Origin: Lepidodermella squamata
Taxonomy: Eukaryota; Animalia; Gastrotricha
Length of the DNA: 64,000 nucleotides
NCBI GenBank assembly: GCA_047495785.1
Contig: JBLDXI010000054.1
Location: forward strand, 3,348,001-3,412,000
Reading direction: 5' to 3'
The stretch's first letter is position 1. Every line of letters starts with the position of its first letter. The position numbers and the translations under genes were made by a program. This document shows positions 22,886 through 36,030 of the stretch, one piece after another. The notes under the pieces are model-generated. The model worked only from the letters and a program-made list of their open reading frames with translations. It made no database searches and was not told where the DNA came from.

Positions 22886-25671
22886 TTAGTCCCAGCGGGA
22901 CTTTTTCTTTTTCTTTGTTTCAGACTCAAATTGCTCAGGGGTTATCGTCGGTTTGTGCGCCGTGTCGTCAGATGCCGAGACAAAAGACGAGCGGAAATGG
23001 TTTGAGAAAGCATTTCTCATAGCAGATAGGCGGTCCATTGGTTTGTTATCTTGCTGCTGTTGCTGCTGCTGCTGCGACTGGTCGTAGGATTGCTGTTGAT
23101 AAGCGGGGTAAAATTGACCCGGTTGTGATATTGTGCTCGGGCCCCCGCTTCGTTCTTCGGCCGTCGCTAGGCCGGTCCGGACACGTTTGCCGAACATCAT
23201 CCCGCGGCCCCTGCTGCCGCCGTCAGATCTCGGCCCTGCGTTGAAAGATGAGCCCTTAGACTCCGCACCCGCCCACGACCCGTCAACTGAGGTGCCTAAC
23301 GTAGCGCCCAGCATAGGCGGGTTCTTTTGCCTCTGCTTCGCAAACCAAGACGCTTTCAAAGCAAGTTCCAATAACGCTTCGGGATAAGGTTGAGATGACA
23401 CTTCCAAATGCTTGACAAGATGCGCGGCAAATTCTTTGTCCTTATCCTTTTCGCTGATCAATAACGTATAAGCAGTCCCTTGAGTACCAGCTCGACCTGA
23501 AGAAAAGAGAAATAAAAAAATGAAAAAAATTAAGGTGGATAATACTATACCTGTTCGACCAATACGGTGAATATGAGTATCAATATCTCGGGCGACATCG
23601 TAATTAACGACAGTTTTAATCGCCGGAATGTCGAGACCGCGGGCAGCAACATCAGTCGCGACAAGAATCGGCATTTCTCCCTTCTTGAATTTTGTGATAA
23701 TTTCGTTACGGTCAGTCTGATGAAGATCGCCATGAATTAGGCCGAGTTTGAAGTCGTGAAGCCGCAGATTTTTAGCCAGCTCTTCGCTGTTATCCTTTCG
23801 CGTGACGAAAATGAGCACTTGACCATCGACGCACAAATTCACCAAGTTTTGCGTGAGCCACAGCCACTTTTCACCAGGTTCGAAGAAAACTAGGGGAACC
23901 TGTTTTATATCCTCATTCGCCTCACCGAGGTCACCTTGCAAAACGCGAATCTGAAGGAGAAGAACTGTAAGAAATCAAAATTAATAATTCAATTTTAACT
24001 TACGGGATCCGATAAAACTGCCCGGGCAACTCGTTCTACCCGTTTTTTGAATGTTGCTGAGAACATGAGTGTTTGTCGATCTGTTATGGAATGCGAAATA
24101 ATTCTGATGTTCGTGAATTAAATCCTGAAAATACCTGGTCTAACATGGTTGGCAATCGATCTGACCTGAGCTAAAATTCAAATTTATTGTAGAAATATAG
24201 CGAAATAATTCGACCCACCTTCAAATCCCATGTCAAACATGCGATCAGCCTCGTCAAATACCAGAAATGTCACTCGCTCGAAATTTGTCGCCTTGTGTTT
24301 TACGAGGTCTATAATTCTACCAGGTGTGCAAACTATAATTTCAGCGCCAGCTTTGCACGCCTTTTCTTGCTCCCACATATTGCCACCACCGTAGCAGCAA
24401 ATTGAAGTTATGTTATAGGCCCTGCCAAAATGCTTCGCTTCATTGTAGATTTGAAGGGCGAGTTCTCGTGTAGGGGCACATATCAACCCTATAGGACCAT
24501 CGCCCGGCTTCAATTCTGAAACAATCAGTAGGTTGAAATCGCTTGAAGGTATCATTTTTTCATCATACCTGGTTGATCCATGATATGAGCTAACAAGGGC
24601 CATAAATAAGCGCAGGTTTTGCCAGAGCCAGTTTTAGCGATTCCGATCAAATCACGGCCGGAAAGAACGACAGGAATGCCTTGAGCTTGAATAGGTGTGG
24701 GTTTCTCGAACTTAGACGAGCGAATCAGCTCCATCAAAGTTTCATCGAAGCCGAAATGGGCAAAACTTGTGACAGGCTTAGGCACATCAAAGCCAGTCGC
24801 TTTCACGTCAAGTTTCCGCCGCAAGTCTGCAACTTGGTCGTAGGAAAGCCGAGAGATATCATCATGCTCTTGGTAAAAACTTTTGTTGAAATGCTGATAA
24901 TTTATCGTAGAATGATCAACTGGCGGCAATGGATCGATAATTTTGAATGTATCAGGAATAATCGCGTTTCCATCCTCGTCGTATTCGATTATCACGCTTT
25001 CATCGTCAATGCTTGGCATGCCAGAATTAGGATGCTCCTCGAGAAATCGGAAATAAGACTCTTGCATATCTTCACCTTCAATGTCATCTCGAACACCTCT
25101 GAAATATCAATTTTCGATTATTGCAAAGATGCATCAAGCACTATTCTCTTACTTTTGTTTCAACTTGGAATCAGTTTTCGACCCGGGTTGACCTTTTGCG
25201 GCTGATGAGGTATTTTTGTTCGAGTCACCCTTAAGAGATGCCATGTAAGCTTCCAGAGGGTCTTCCTCTTCATCATCGCTTTGCTTCTGTTGTTTGCCTA
25301 TAATTTAACAATTCATGATTAAACATTTTAAAATTATGAATCATACCTGCTGGGCTTCCAGGCGCAGGTGCGTAAGGCAGGTCGTCATCGTCGTCGTCTC
25401 TGAACTTGACGTTATCGTCCTCTAGATCGTCATCGTCATCCTTGTAGCGCTTCTTCGAGCTGTACTGGTGAGATCCATAGCGCGTTGTGTCGGTGCTGAC
25501 AGTTTGCGGGGCGTTGACGAAAGAAAAACCGGGGTTAGAAACGGCTGATTTTCGAGAAGGCAAATAACGTGGGGCGGGTAGGTCTACTTGTGGCGGGGCT
25601 TGTGACCTGGGTTTCTCTCTCGGAGGCTCCGGAGATCGATTTCTCCCACTACTGAACCGATTGTAAGACAT
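22886..25671 (-). CDS. DDX42: ATP-dependent DEAD-box RNA helicase DDX42
   Basis: Exons 25671-25347, 25297-25153, 25098-24569, 24515-24219, 24170-24135, 24080-24004, 23950-23551, 23496-22886. EEDPLEAYM, RDDIEGED, AKTGSGKT, PTRELA, DEAD, SAT, HRIGRTGRAG, C-terminal KKKSRWD. Confidence 0.95.
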
Positions 25672-26587
25672 GTTTCTTCACTTCTAATAATGATAGCCAT
25701 TTAAAAATCATAAAATCAACAACTTGAACCAAAATAAGAAGATCGTATTTTATTTTCATCCATACAATCTACATTACTGATATAAATCATGTGATTCGTA
25801 CAAGACATCTGCCCTTAACACTTTCAAGACGTCGTTTTCGCGTATCGTTACATCCCGCAAGATAGTGATGTAGTACATTATCATGATTCTTGATGAAATA
25901 TGCATCCATTTACAATTTCGGAGATAGGTAATCAAAATTTGTGTACCAATATCTTATATAACACAAACATGGATATACATAGTCTTCTGTGACGCTGCGT
26001 CAAACGCGACACGTATTATCGTCTCCAGCACAAAATAGTATGCACTACGGAACACAGGCACGCAAAAGCACAATTCAATTCGTACTTTTTCGAATGATTT
26101 TTGTCCAAAATAAAAAAGAATACTTATATTCAATCAAGCGATATTCATTGCAATATTTTGTGATAAGGAAATCTGAAAAGCGTCTCAAAATCAAAGAGAA
26201 TAAAACTAATAGGCGAAGATTTCTCTCGGAATTTAGAAATATAAGGTTTAAAGAGGCACGGATACAATTTTACATTAGTATATGATATCGACATGTTTCA
26301 CTAAAACTCATCTGGTTTGTTCAACACCTCCAGAGCCACTGGAATAAATCATATGATCATCAAGTCTCGGCCACCAAAATACGAAATCAAGTTATAAGTT
26401 TGACACGATATTAGTCAAACTCACAGAAATTTATCATTAAATGAAAAATCAAGTGACAAGCTGTTTGTTATGTGGTATCTCAATTTCAAGAGCGTGCAAG
26501 CAGGAGCTTCATGTCAATTATAACACATAATAAACGGTATATTTAACTGTGGTAGCAGCGGGTCCGCACAGGCGATAAGTTAACTTA

Positions 26588-27607
26588 TTAACATCCGCAG
26601 CCGGAAGAACCTAAAAACAGATATCGAAGCGCTGAGTGAACATGTATCAAAATGATGGTAGATAATCATACCCCCTTGCGGTTGCTGTTGGTTGTTAGGC
26701 AAAGTTATTGCTGGAGTATCGTTGTTTCCAAACAGACTTTCGTCACCTTCCCGTGCGAGGGCGTTGCGAGCGGCGGTCAAGAATGCTTGTTCAACGTTGA
26801 CAGCCTCCTTGGCTGAGGCTTCGAAATGCACGACATTTGTTCCCTTGGTTTGGCACCATTGCTCAGCGCGACGGCCAGTGATCTGAAATTAAGAGTGTTG
26901 GATATAGCCTTTGTTTTCAAATCACGCCTTGAGATGAGAACCTAAAGATTTCCTGTAATATTAGCACATGGCTAGGTTACAAATGAGCAAGCAAATTAAT
27001 GTAACTATCAAATATGTGCTGCATAGCAATAGAGAAGAAAATTAGTCACATACCACTCTGTTTTCCAAATCGATTTTGTTTCCGATGACAACAAAGGGGA
27101 AGCTATCAGGGTCGCGAGGACTCGCCTGAAGTTGCAGAATGCAATATCAATGAGCTTCAATTGAGAAAATACTAACCTGAATGAGAAATTCGTCGCGCCA
27201 TGTATCAAGATTAGCGAAAGACTTCTGATTGGTTACGTCGTAAACAAGAACACAACAGTCAGCGCCGCGGTAAAAAGCTACACCAAGAGATTGGAACCGC
27301 TCTTGCCCTGCAGTATCCCAGATCTAATAGAGACAGTCCATGCGACCTGCAAGTTATCAAACGAACAATTCTTACCTGCATGGTTGCCAGTCTCCCGTCG
27401 ACCTCAACTTCTTTGACAAGGAAATCGGCTCCGATTGTAGCTTTATATTGATTGCTGAATTTCTTGTTGACATACTGATTCATCAGAGATGTTTTACCAA
27501 CACTGTTCAGGGATTGAACTAATATAAATAATAATGAACATATAAGCAACGTACCCGCTGTCGCCGAGAATGATGACTTTGAGAAGAACCTTCTTTCGAG
27601 AAGCCAT
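26588..27607 (-). CDS. RAB7: Ras-related protein Rab-7
   Basis: Exons 27607-27555, 27502-27376, 27323-27177, 27125-27054, 26882-26672, 26610-26588. [46 protein letters not shown]-terminal CGC prenylation motif. Confidence 0.97.
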
Positions 27608-28856
27608 TGTGATTCTTGTTTGATTATTAATTTAAGCAATCTACCAAGTGACAGATCAAGAGTAATCCATTTGATCAAATTAGCATGAATCGAAATCTAT
27701 TGGTTATTGGTTACTTGATGCTTGATGTGTAGCAAATACGTCAATACACAGGCACATCGATACAGAAGAAGAACATGGCTGCAGAATTTACGCTCACGCA
27801 GCTTTCGACGACATGCCATCAAGCTACGGAAAATATGCAGTTTAAGTCATCCTTCAACGTCTAACGACTTTCAAAAGTAAGCCCAGCAGCCATTTCATAC
27901 GTAACCCCGATTTTATTAATGCAGTAACATTCTTCGCAATAAAGCATTGCAATAAATTCGGTCAGCGAGCAACGACTACCACGAAATAACAACGACCAAA
28001 GATGCCACAGATTTCAGCCATAAACATTTAGGATTTGAAACTCGAAATAAATAGCTTTGACAGTCGCGGAATAGTAAATTTCATCAACGAGAACGACCAA
28101 GGCACTAATGAATCAATAGTAAAACAGCAAAAAATTGTTCTACGAAACGTATTGATGCCAGCCAACATTTGAACTACATCAACCCTAAGAAAACTTCGTG
28201 CATTTTGCGCTCGCTGCTGTTGGAATGCGAAAATAATAGCTGCAAAAATCCGAAATTTTGTCACATATATTATCAAATATGAATGATTCTTCGTGACCTT
28301 TCAATATTCAATATTTTTTATCCAATTATGAAACACTTTTTATCGAGAAGCGCGGGCTTTCTTAGTTTTGGCTTTCTTTCTTTTGGAAAGGGCTCTGTGA
28401 GTTTTTGTCTGCGTACCTTGTTTCATATACTCGTGCCGTTCTCGTGCATGTTATGTACGGCAAAGCATCTTAGTACTTGACATAGCGTCGTGTCGCAGAA
28501 TTTTTTCCTGTGGTGGATGCCCTATCCCTTGGTCATTTTCGGCACGTTCGGTGCACATGGACGCGCCAAATTATTTTTTATGAAGAATGAAGACGCTATT
28601 GATCTTTAGTTTTACTTGGTAGCCTGTGTATTGTGATATTTGATTCTGTAGTTCAAAATTCGATTCCGTAGTACTATGCATTGCTGGCAGCTGTTAGCTG
28701 TTAGCTTTTTGGTTAAGCATCTGAATTGTCCTTGATTCTCGCTGACAACTAAATGCTTATTTTTTTTTTTTATGAAACTGAAGCTTTGCTAATTTTTCTG
28801 GTCTTTATCATAGGTCTTATGTCAATGGTTAGCAGCAGCCTGTCGTAACTGGCTGA

Positions 28857-30329
28857 ATGGGTGATGAAGAATTCGTTGACGTGAAGTACAGTTCCGGTCT
28901 TTCTTCTAGAGATAGCTTTGTTATGGAACCTGCTGAATCATCACCAGTTAGTAACAGCCAGGCGGTCGAGCCTGAAAAACTTGCCAGTGCTACTGAATCA
29001 CTGGCTAATGAAAGAGCGCCGATCGAAGAAGATGCCAAAAGTGAATCGCAAGAGCAAGGTGGCGGTCCAAACCAGTCATCATGGTCGTCATGGGCATTTT
29101 CAATGGCCTCTTCGTCTGTGAAGGCCCTTGAGCACGGTGTAGCCAAGGTACTTGATGTGATAGAAGACAACGGCGGCAAGGACGAGGCTCCTGTAGCATC
29201 TCCATCTGCCAAGCCCGATGAGCAGTCGCAAGTGGTATTAACCACCGGAGTGAAAGACGATCTGCGAACGTTGTCATCAGCTGTTCAGCGCACTAGTGGC
29301 AAAATAATGACTTCGGGCATTGGCATGCTCTCCGCCCTTGGTAGGCGCACACTTGAAGTTTTGGTGGCGGAAGAAGAAGCCCAGGGCGGCGACGGCTTGC
29401 CACGAACCGATTCCTCGTTGTCTTCTCGCCTGCGGGAGGCACAAGCGACCACCCTTCGAAAGGAGCGAGAGCAGAAACGCCAGCTTGCGTATTGGTTTGA
29501 CTTGAGCGGAGGAAATGATAGCTTCGAGGCATTCCGATGCTTCTCTCAATCTTCCCTTCATTCAATTCATGGCAAGATCGAGCATGCCTCCGTTCAAACT
29601 GGAAACGACACAGACATTGTTCCTGAAACTTACAAAAAGATTGCAGAGATATTTTCGGCATCTTCAGATCGTCTAATTCGCGAATGGGATTCGTCTGATT
29701 TTGCTAAGAACCCTGACGAGGGGGATCTTCTGGATCATGTTGTTTTGGGCGCCTTAATCAAGGAGCGACTGAATTTGCTCACCGCTCCACCAGAGCGTTT
29801 ATGCTCGGCTCTCGAAAAGGCGAAAAACGATTTGTTAGCAGCTGATTTGAGCCAAGATGCTGCTTACGAGGCTACGCTGTCAAACCTGGCGAATTTCACA
29901 GCTGCCATTATCGACTTCCTTCATAAGAGCGTGCAACTGCAGCATGCCGCGGCCTTGTCTTCAAATGCCGTCCGAACTCAACCCGGAAAAGGAAGCTTCA
30001 TTCGCAGCGAATGCGCAACTGTTGTCGAGATTGCCGCATCTTTTTCAACAGCTTGCCTCGTACTGGCTCTCAGGATTAGAGCTATTTCCTTGGCAGGCAA
30101 GTCCGCCGTTCTGAAAACTATCAACCAATCGACCCCGCAGCCAGATGATGAAACGTCGCCTGAACTTGCCGCCACAAGTCTCGACATGGAAGCCACCGAC
30201 TGTGCTGCTCACCTCGCCAAGATGCTGGGATTTCTGGGGCCTGTTGTCCAACACTTATTGCTTCTCCGCCTCTACGGTGCTGAATGTCGCCCAGCCGCTA
30301 GCATCCAAGACGACGAAGATGATAAGTAG
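28857..30329 (+). CDS. FAM114A2: FAM114A/Noxp20-family protein (DUF719), single coding exon
   Basis: 490-aa ORF. SWSSW...SSS and GKIMTSGIGMLSALGRRTLEVL blocks resemble FAM114A, followed by SLSSRLREA and FD..GG...EAF. Confidence 0.75.
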   Translation: MGDEEFVDVKYSSGLSSRDSFVMEPAESSPVSNSQAVEPEKLASATESLANERAPIEEDAKSESQEQGGGPNQSSWSSWAFSMASSSVKALEHGVAKVLDVIEDNGGKDEAPVASPSAKPDEQSQVVLTTGVKDDLRTLSSAVQRTSGKIMTSGIGMLSALGRRTLEVLVAEEEAQGGDGLPRTDSSLSSRLREAQATTLRKEREQKRQLAYWFDLSGGNDSFEAFRCFSQSSLHSIHGKIEHASVQTGNDTDIVPETYKKIAEIFSASSDRLIREWDSSDFAKNPDEGDLLDHVVLGALIKERLNLLTAPPERLCSALEKAKNDLLAADLSQDAAYEATLSNLANFTAAIIDFLHKSVQLQHAAALSSNAVRTQPGKGSFIRSECATVVEIAASFSTACLVLALRIRAISLAGKSAVLKTINQSTPQPDDETSPELAATSLDMEATDCAAHLAKMLGFLGPVVQHLLLLRLYGAECRPAASIQDDEDDK

Positions 30330-30809
30330 GACTGGTTTTGAAACGAATGATAATTGCGACTTCCTTATCGCCTGTGAATAATAAAGATTAAAATATTAAA
30401 TATCCTCCATGCGTCTTTTACATTGCTAAAATCACTGACGATCTGTAGGACGAGAACACTTCATTCATCGCCGTGGCTACTTATTATTATATATATATAC
30501 AAAACTATATATATATTCTTATTTGCGTTAATGTGACGATAGTTTGTTAGGTATTACGTGTATTTTCTGAATGTTTGATAACTCGTCCAGAAACATCTCT
30601 TTTTCTCTCTGTGTTCCAATATAACCAACAAGTGTCTGACGGATTACTATTAAAGTTTTGAGGACGGAAGTCTTACACTGAGCGCATGCTAATTTTTCGG
30701 CGCCTATCATTTTCTTATAGAGGAACATCGTTGTCTTGATGAGTAATAAATAATTAAACAATAACATTAATTTTGATTTTTTTTAGTTTATTTGTTAATG
30801 TGATGAATC

Positions 30810-32245
<1,436 letters not shown>

Positions 32246-32970
32246 AAATGCGAAAAACTCACTGTGACTGTTTAAAGCTATTCCATATTGCACTTGGATG
32301 TGATTTTTTCCCACTCCAAGAGACTGTTATAACTATTTTTCGTCGCTTCAATTATTAGTGCAGTCTCGTTCCCTGGAACCGTTTTTATAACAAAGTTTCT
32401 TTCGTTCAAAGTTAGTGTTGTGTTTAGCTGTTTATAGTATGATGACCCGTGTGAAATCTGCAACTTCCATGCTTTGCGCTATTTGAAATAGTCGGAAGTT
32501 CTACCACCCGTTAATTATCAGCCAGTTTCTTATTGACACGTCTTCAAGTAAAATTTGGAATGAATAAAATGAAATGAATGTTGCTAATAATGTGCAATAT
32601 TGCGAACAAAGTTCACCAGAGCCGAAATAAATTGACGGATTTATTCGCTTTAAAAACATTCTCTTTGCTTTCGGACAGAAAAAGCCTGTTCAACAAAAAA
32701 GGCAGTCGAAATCGCGCTCTAAGCGAAAATATTATCAATCGTACTAATTTTCAGACATTTCACTCGGGGAAGCAGATACATGACAGACGTGTTAGCACAT
32801 AATGCCAGTTAATTTAATTGTCCCATCGACATCGGCTGGTAGGAGTCTTTTTTTATTAAATAGGTGGCGCCTATAGTGATCACAATTGTGAAGGGTTTTT
32901 GCTACATCAACTCGAACACCACAAAAATTATTACTTCGGTTTGTATTTATGTCGAATTCATGCCAAAAAT

Positions 32971-34220
32971 TCATTTGAACTGATCCACTGGTCGAACTTT
33001 GTGATTCTGCGGTTCATTGGCATATATATGGGTGATGACTTCGGACTCCGGCGGGAAGGGATCGGTCTTCGCTTTTTCAGCAGCTTCGTCGACCAGCTTG
33101 CGCACTTCGCCATCGATAGCAGTGATTTCTTCGGCGGTAACAAGGTTCGCTTCGATTAATCGGCGCTTCAAAAATTCGATCGGATCGCGTTCACGGCGCA
33201 TGTTTTCGATTTCTTGACGGGTACGGTAGCTGGTACCAGGGTCACTCATGCTGTGACCGAAGTAACGGTAAGTGTCCAACTCAATGACGATCGGACCCTT
33301 CTCCAAGGCGTGTTGCTTGGCGAATTTCATGGCTTCACGAACGGTCAAAATATCTTGGCCGTCAACCTAAAGACACAGAAGCTGGTCTAAAAATTGACTC
33401 TAAAATTTGAGTCAGCTTACCCAAAGGCCGGGAACGTAATCACCACGGGTGTAGTACTCAGTGCTATACGAAGCACGTTCGGCACTGGTACCCATGCCAT
33501 ACTTGTTATTTTCGCAGATGAAAATAACAGGAAGGCGCCACAACGCAGCAATGTTGTAGGATTCGAAGACTTGGCCCTGGTTGGCAGCACCATCTCCGTA
33601 CAGGGTGATGCAAACATTTGGTTTTCGCAAAGTCTTCTGAGCTAGGGCGATGCCGGTGCCAAGAGGGACCTGAGCACCGACAATACCGTTGCCACCGTAA
33701 TAATTTTTGGCGTACATGTGCATGGAACCGCCCTTGCCGCGCTGGACACCGGTATATCTGCCCAATAATTCGGCGAGAATCTTATGAACAGCAACACCGC
33801 GAGTGTAAGTCCAACCGTGGCAACGGTAGGCTGTAATAACGGCATCTTCACGAGTCAGGACATCTTCAATGCCGATACAGCACGCCTCCTGGCCAACGTA
33901 AAGATGGCAGAATCCACGAATGGCCTTTTCCTTATACATCGCGCTAGCCATGTTTTCCATCCTTCTGATCATCTGCATCTCTCTGTAATAACGGAGACCT
34001 TGTTCGCGGGTTAAGGTAGCCTTGGCGGATGGGCCAGCCTCAAGGCGATGCAAACGGTATGGTTTAGTATCGAATGTGGCTTCGTTTGTCGTTGAAAGCA
34101 TGCGCTGAAGAAATGTTGCAAATTTAACAATTGGATATTTGCTAAGATGGAAAATATTACCATAGCTGTGAGAAGGGCACTGCGCCTACCCGCAGAAACA
34201 CTAGCAGCAATGTTCATCAT
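32971..34220 (-). CDS. PDHA1: Pyruvate dehydrogenase E1 alpha subunit, mitochondrial
   Basis: Exons 34220-34161, 34104-33421, 33366-32971. [49 protein letters not shown]. Confidence 0.97.
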
Positions 34221-34338
34221 GATAATGTCTAAAATATAAATAAGATTACAGAAAGCTATTTCATTTGAAAACGATAATCATTTGTAAAAAGCATTTATCA
34301 TATTAATTAGCATCGGGCAATTCTGTTTTTATAAATGA

Positions 34339-35007
34339 CTATGCGAGGGCTTTTTCGAATTCTCTGTATGCATTGTCCAAATCCATAAGCATCTGACGCG
34401 CCTCATCGTCAGTCAAAGTACCAAACGCGGGCATTCCAGTGAATTTGTCTACCCAACGGCGAATGAGCTCTCGGCCTTGATAGTCCGGTGGAAGGGTTGT
34501 CAGTCGCATAATTGTATCAAGCAGCTCACGCGTGTCCAACTGCAAGTCGTCGACAGCATACAATTTGAGGCGCAATTTATCCATGATAGTAATAAAAAGT
34601 GCTACTATTTGAGCGATGCTTCGGCTGACATTTCCCTTGTCGTCTTTGATAGTGGTCGGGCGATTGTCTTTGATGCGATCAAGGGCCAGAGGGCAATTGA
34701 TTCTGTGTTTCTCAATAAAAGATTCCACATCGGGAAATTCACCAGGAGAATCAGACTGCACGGCTTTGAGAGCAGCTTTCAGCTGAGTCAGTAATTTGGA
34801 ACAATTAGCAATATACTCCTTCGGGTTAACATGATCTTTTAGATTCGCAGTCTCCAAAAGCTGCAAAGTATTTATAATCGCGTACAGCTCGGCTAGATGG
34901 TCAAATTGTTGCCGCTCACGCGTAGATTTGAATAATTTCACTTCCTCAAAAAGTTCTGGCTGATTTCCGTAAGCCGACGAGGGCGCAGGATGCTGAGGAG
35001 CGAACAT
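34339..35007 (-). CDS. VPS28: ESCRT-I subunit VPS28, single coding exon
   Basis: 222-aa ORF. ELFEEVKLF...RER, AELYAIINTLQ.LE, CSKLL.Q, CPLAL.RI...RP.T, FITIMDKLRL, RQML.DL..AY. Confidence 0.95.
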   Translation of the reverse strand: MFAPQHPAPSSAYGNQPELFEEVKLFKSTRERQQFDHLAELYAIINTLQLLETANLKDHVNPKEYIANCSKLLTQLKAALKAVQSDSPGEFPDVESFIEKHRINCPLALDRIKDNRPTTIKDDKGNVSRSIAQIVALFITIMDKLRLKLYAVDDLQLDTRELLDTIMRLTTLPPDYQGRELIRRWVDKFTGMPAFGTLTDDEARQMLMDLDNAYREFEKALA

Positions 35008-35908
35008 TCAAGCCTGATAACTTTAGATCAAAATCTAAAAATGGTAAATAAAATCAAGTTCCGCATTGCTCTTTCCTCACGATTAAGCCTTAATAATTAA
35101 ACGAATTAATTCACACATAATTCAACTAAGGTGTATAGCCTAAAATCAGAGTTAAGAAGGAAAGGCGGTAGAGTGCTGAGCCAGAAAGTACGAAGTCGGC
35201 AATGAATCGTGAACTAGCCTGTTACGAACACTGAGAGGTTCAGTTCAGTCAAAGCTCGTAAAAACCAATTCCACCAAACGAAGAAAGAAAAATAGGAATT
35301 CAGGAATTAACATGAAGATTTCAAGCGGGAAGCGGGTACAAGAAATTCATGTCATTTGGGCGCGCACTCGAATACGCATCTCGCATTGGCGTGAAAGGTT
35401 TCATGTTAAGTTTTCGAGCGAAGAAACCTATAAGTATTCTGAATTCATTCAATAGAGAAATAAATCACCAAGTACGGATCGGCCGGGGATGCGAGGCGCG
35501 AGGTGCCGCAAACACTCTTAACTCTTTCAGGATATTTTTGGCAGATTTTTGGCCACCTCAAAAAATGGGTGCGCAACTCGCCATCCCAGCTCTTAAACCG
35601 CGGAAGGCGCTAAAGAAGGCGGAGCTCGACGACGTTGTTAGCGGAATGAATGTTTTTTTTCATTTTTTTTTTAATTCTGCGAAAGCGTTTAATTTTCACG
35701 TGCAATTTCTTTTAATATTGGGAATACATTTTTCTATGACTGTAAAATCCCCAATTAACCTCTATTTTATTTAATCAAATACTTTTCTAATTTTGAGTTG
35801 TGTCCTTCACATTTATTATTAAAAAATGTACATAATTTTTTTCTGCGGGGATGATCAATCAGCAGTTTTGGGGGCAAAGGGGTTTGCGTGCGGAAAGTGC
35901 AGTTAGAT

Positions 35909-36030
35909 GGGTGTGATCGAAAGATAAACCGTTGCTAACTATAAGTTAACTGTGAACTTTTGTATGTGAGAGATAGCCTAACTACTAGTTAAACTTATAG
36001 TTAGCTACGGTTTATCTTTCGATCACACCC
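35909..36030. mobile_element. Small (122-bp) MITE with about 40-bp TIRs and AT flanks
   Basis: GGGTGTGATCGAAAGATAAACCGTTGCTAACTATAAGTT versus AACTTATAGTTAGCTACGGTTTATCTTTCGATCACACCC (1 mismatch). AT on both sides (35907-8 and 36031-2). Confidence 0.8.

Noticed and set aside
26926-26941. Possible micro-exon within the 171-bp RAB7 intron
   Set aside because: It is 16 nt (frame-breaking), has a weak donor, and would leave a 43-bp downstream intron, shorter than any other seen here.
27758-27782. U6-like CGATACAGAAGAAGAACATGGC
   Set aside because: It lacks the invariant ACAGAGA box and AGC triad and has no flanking U6 similarity.
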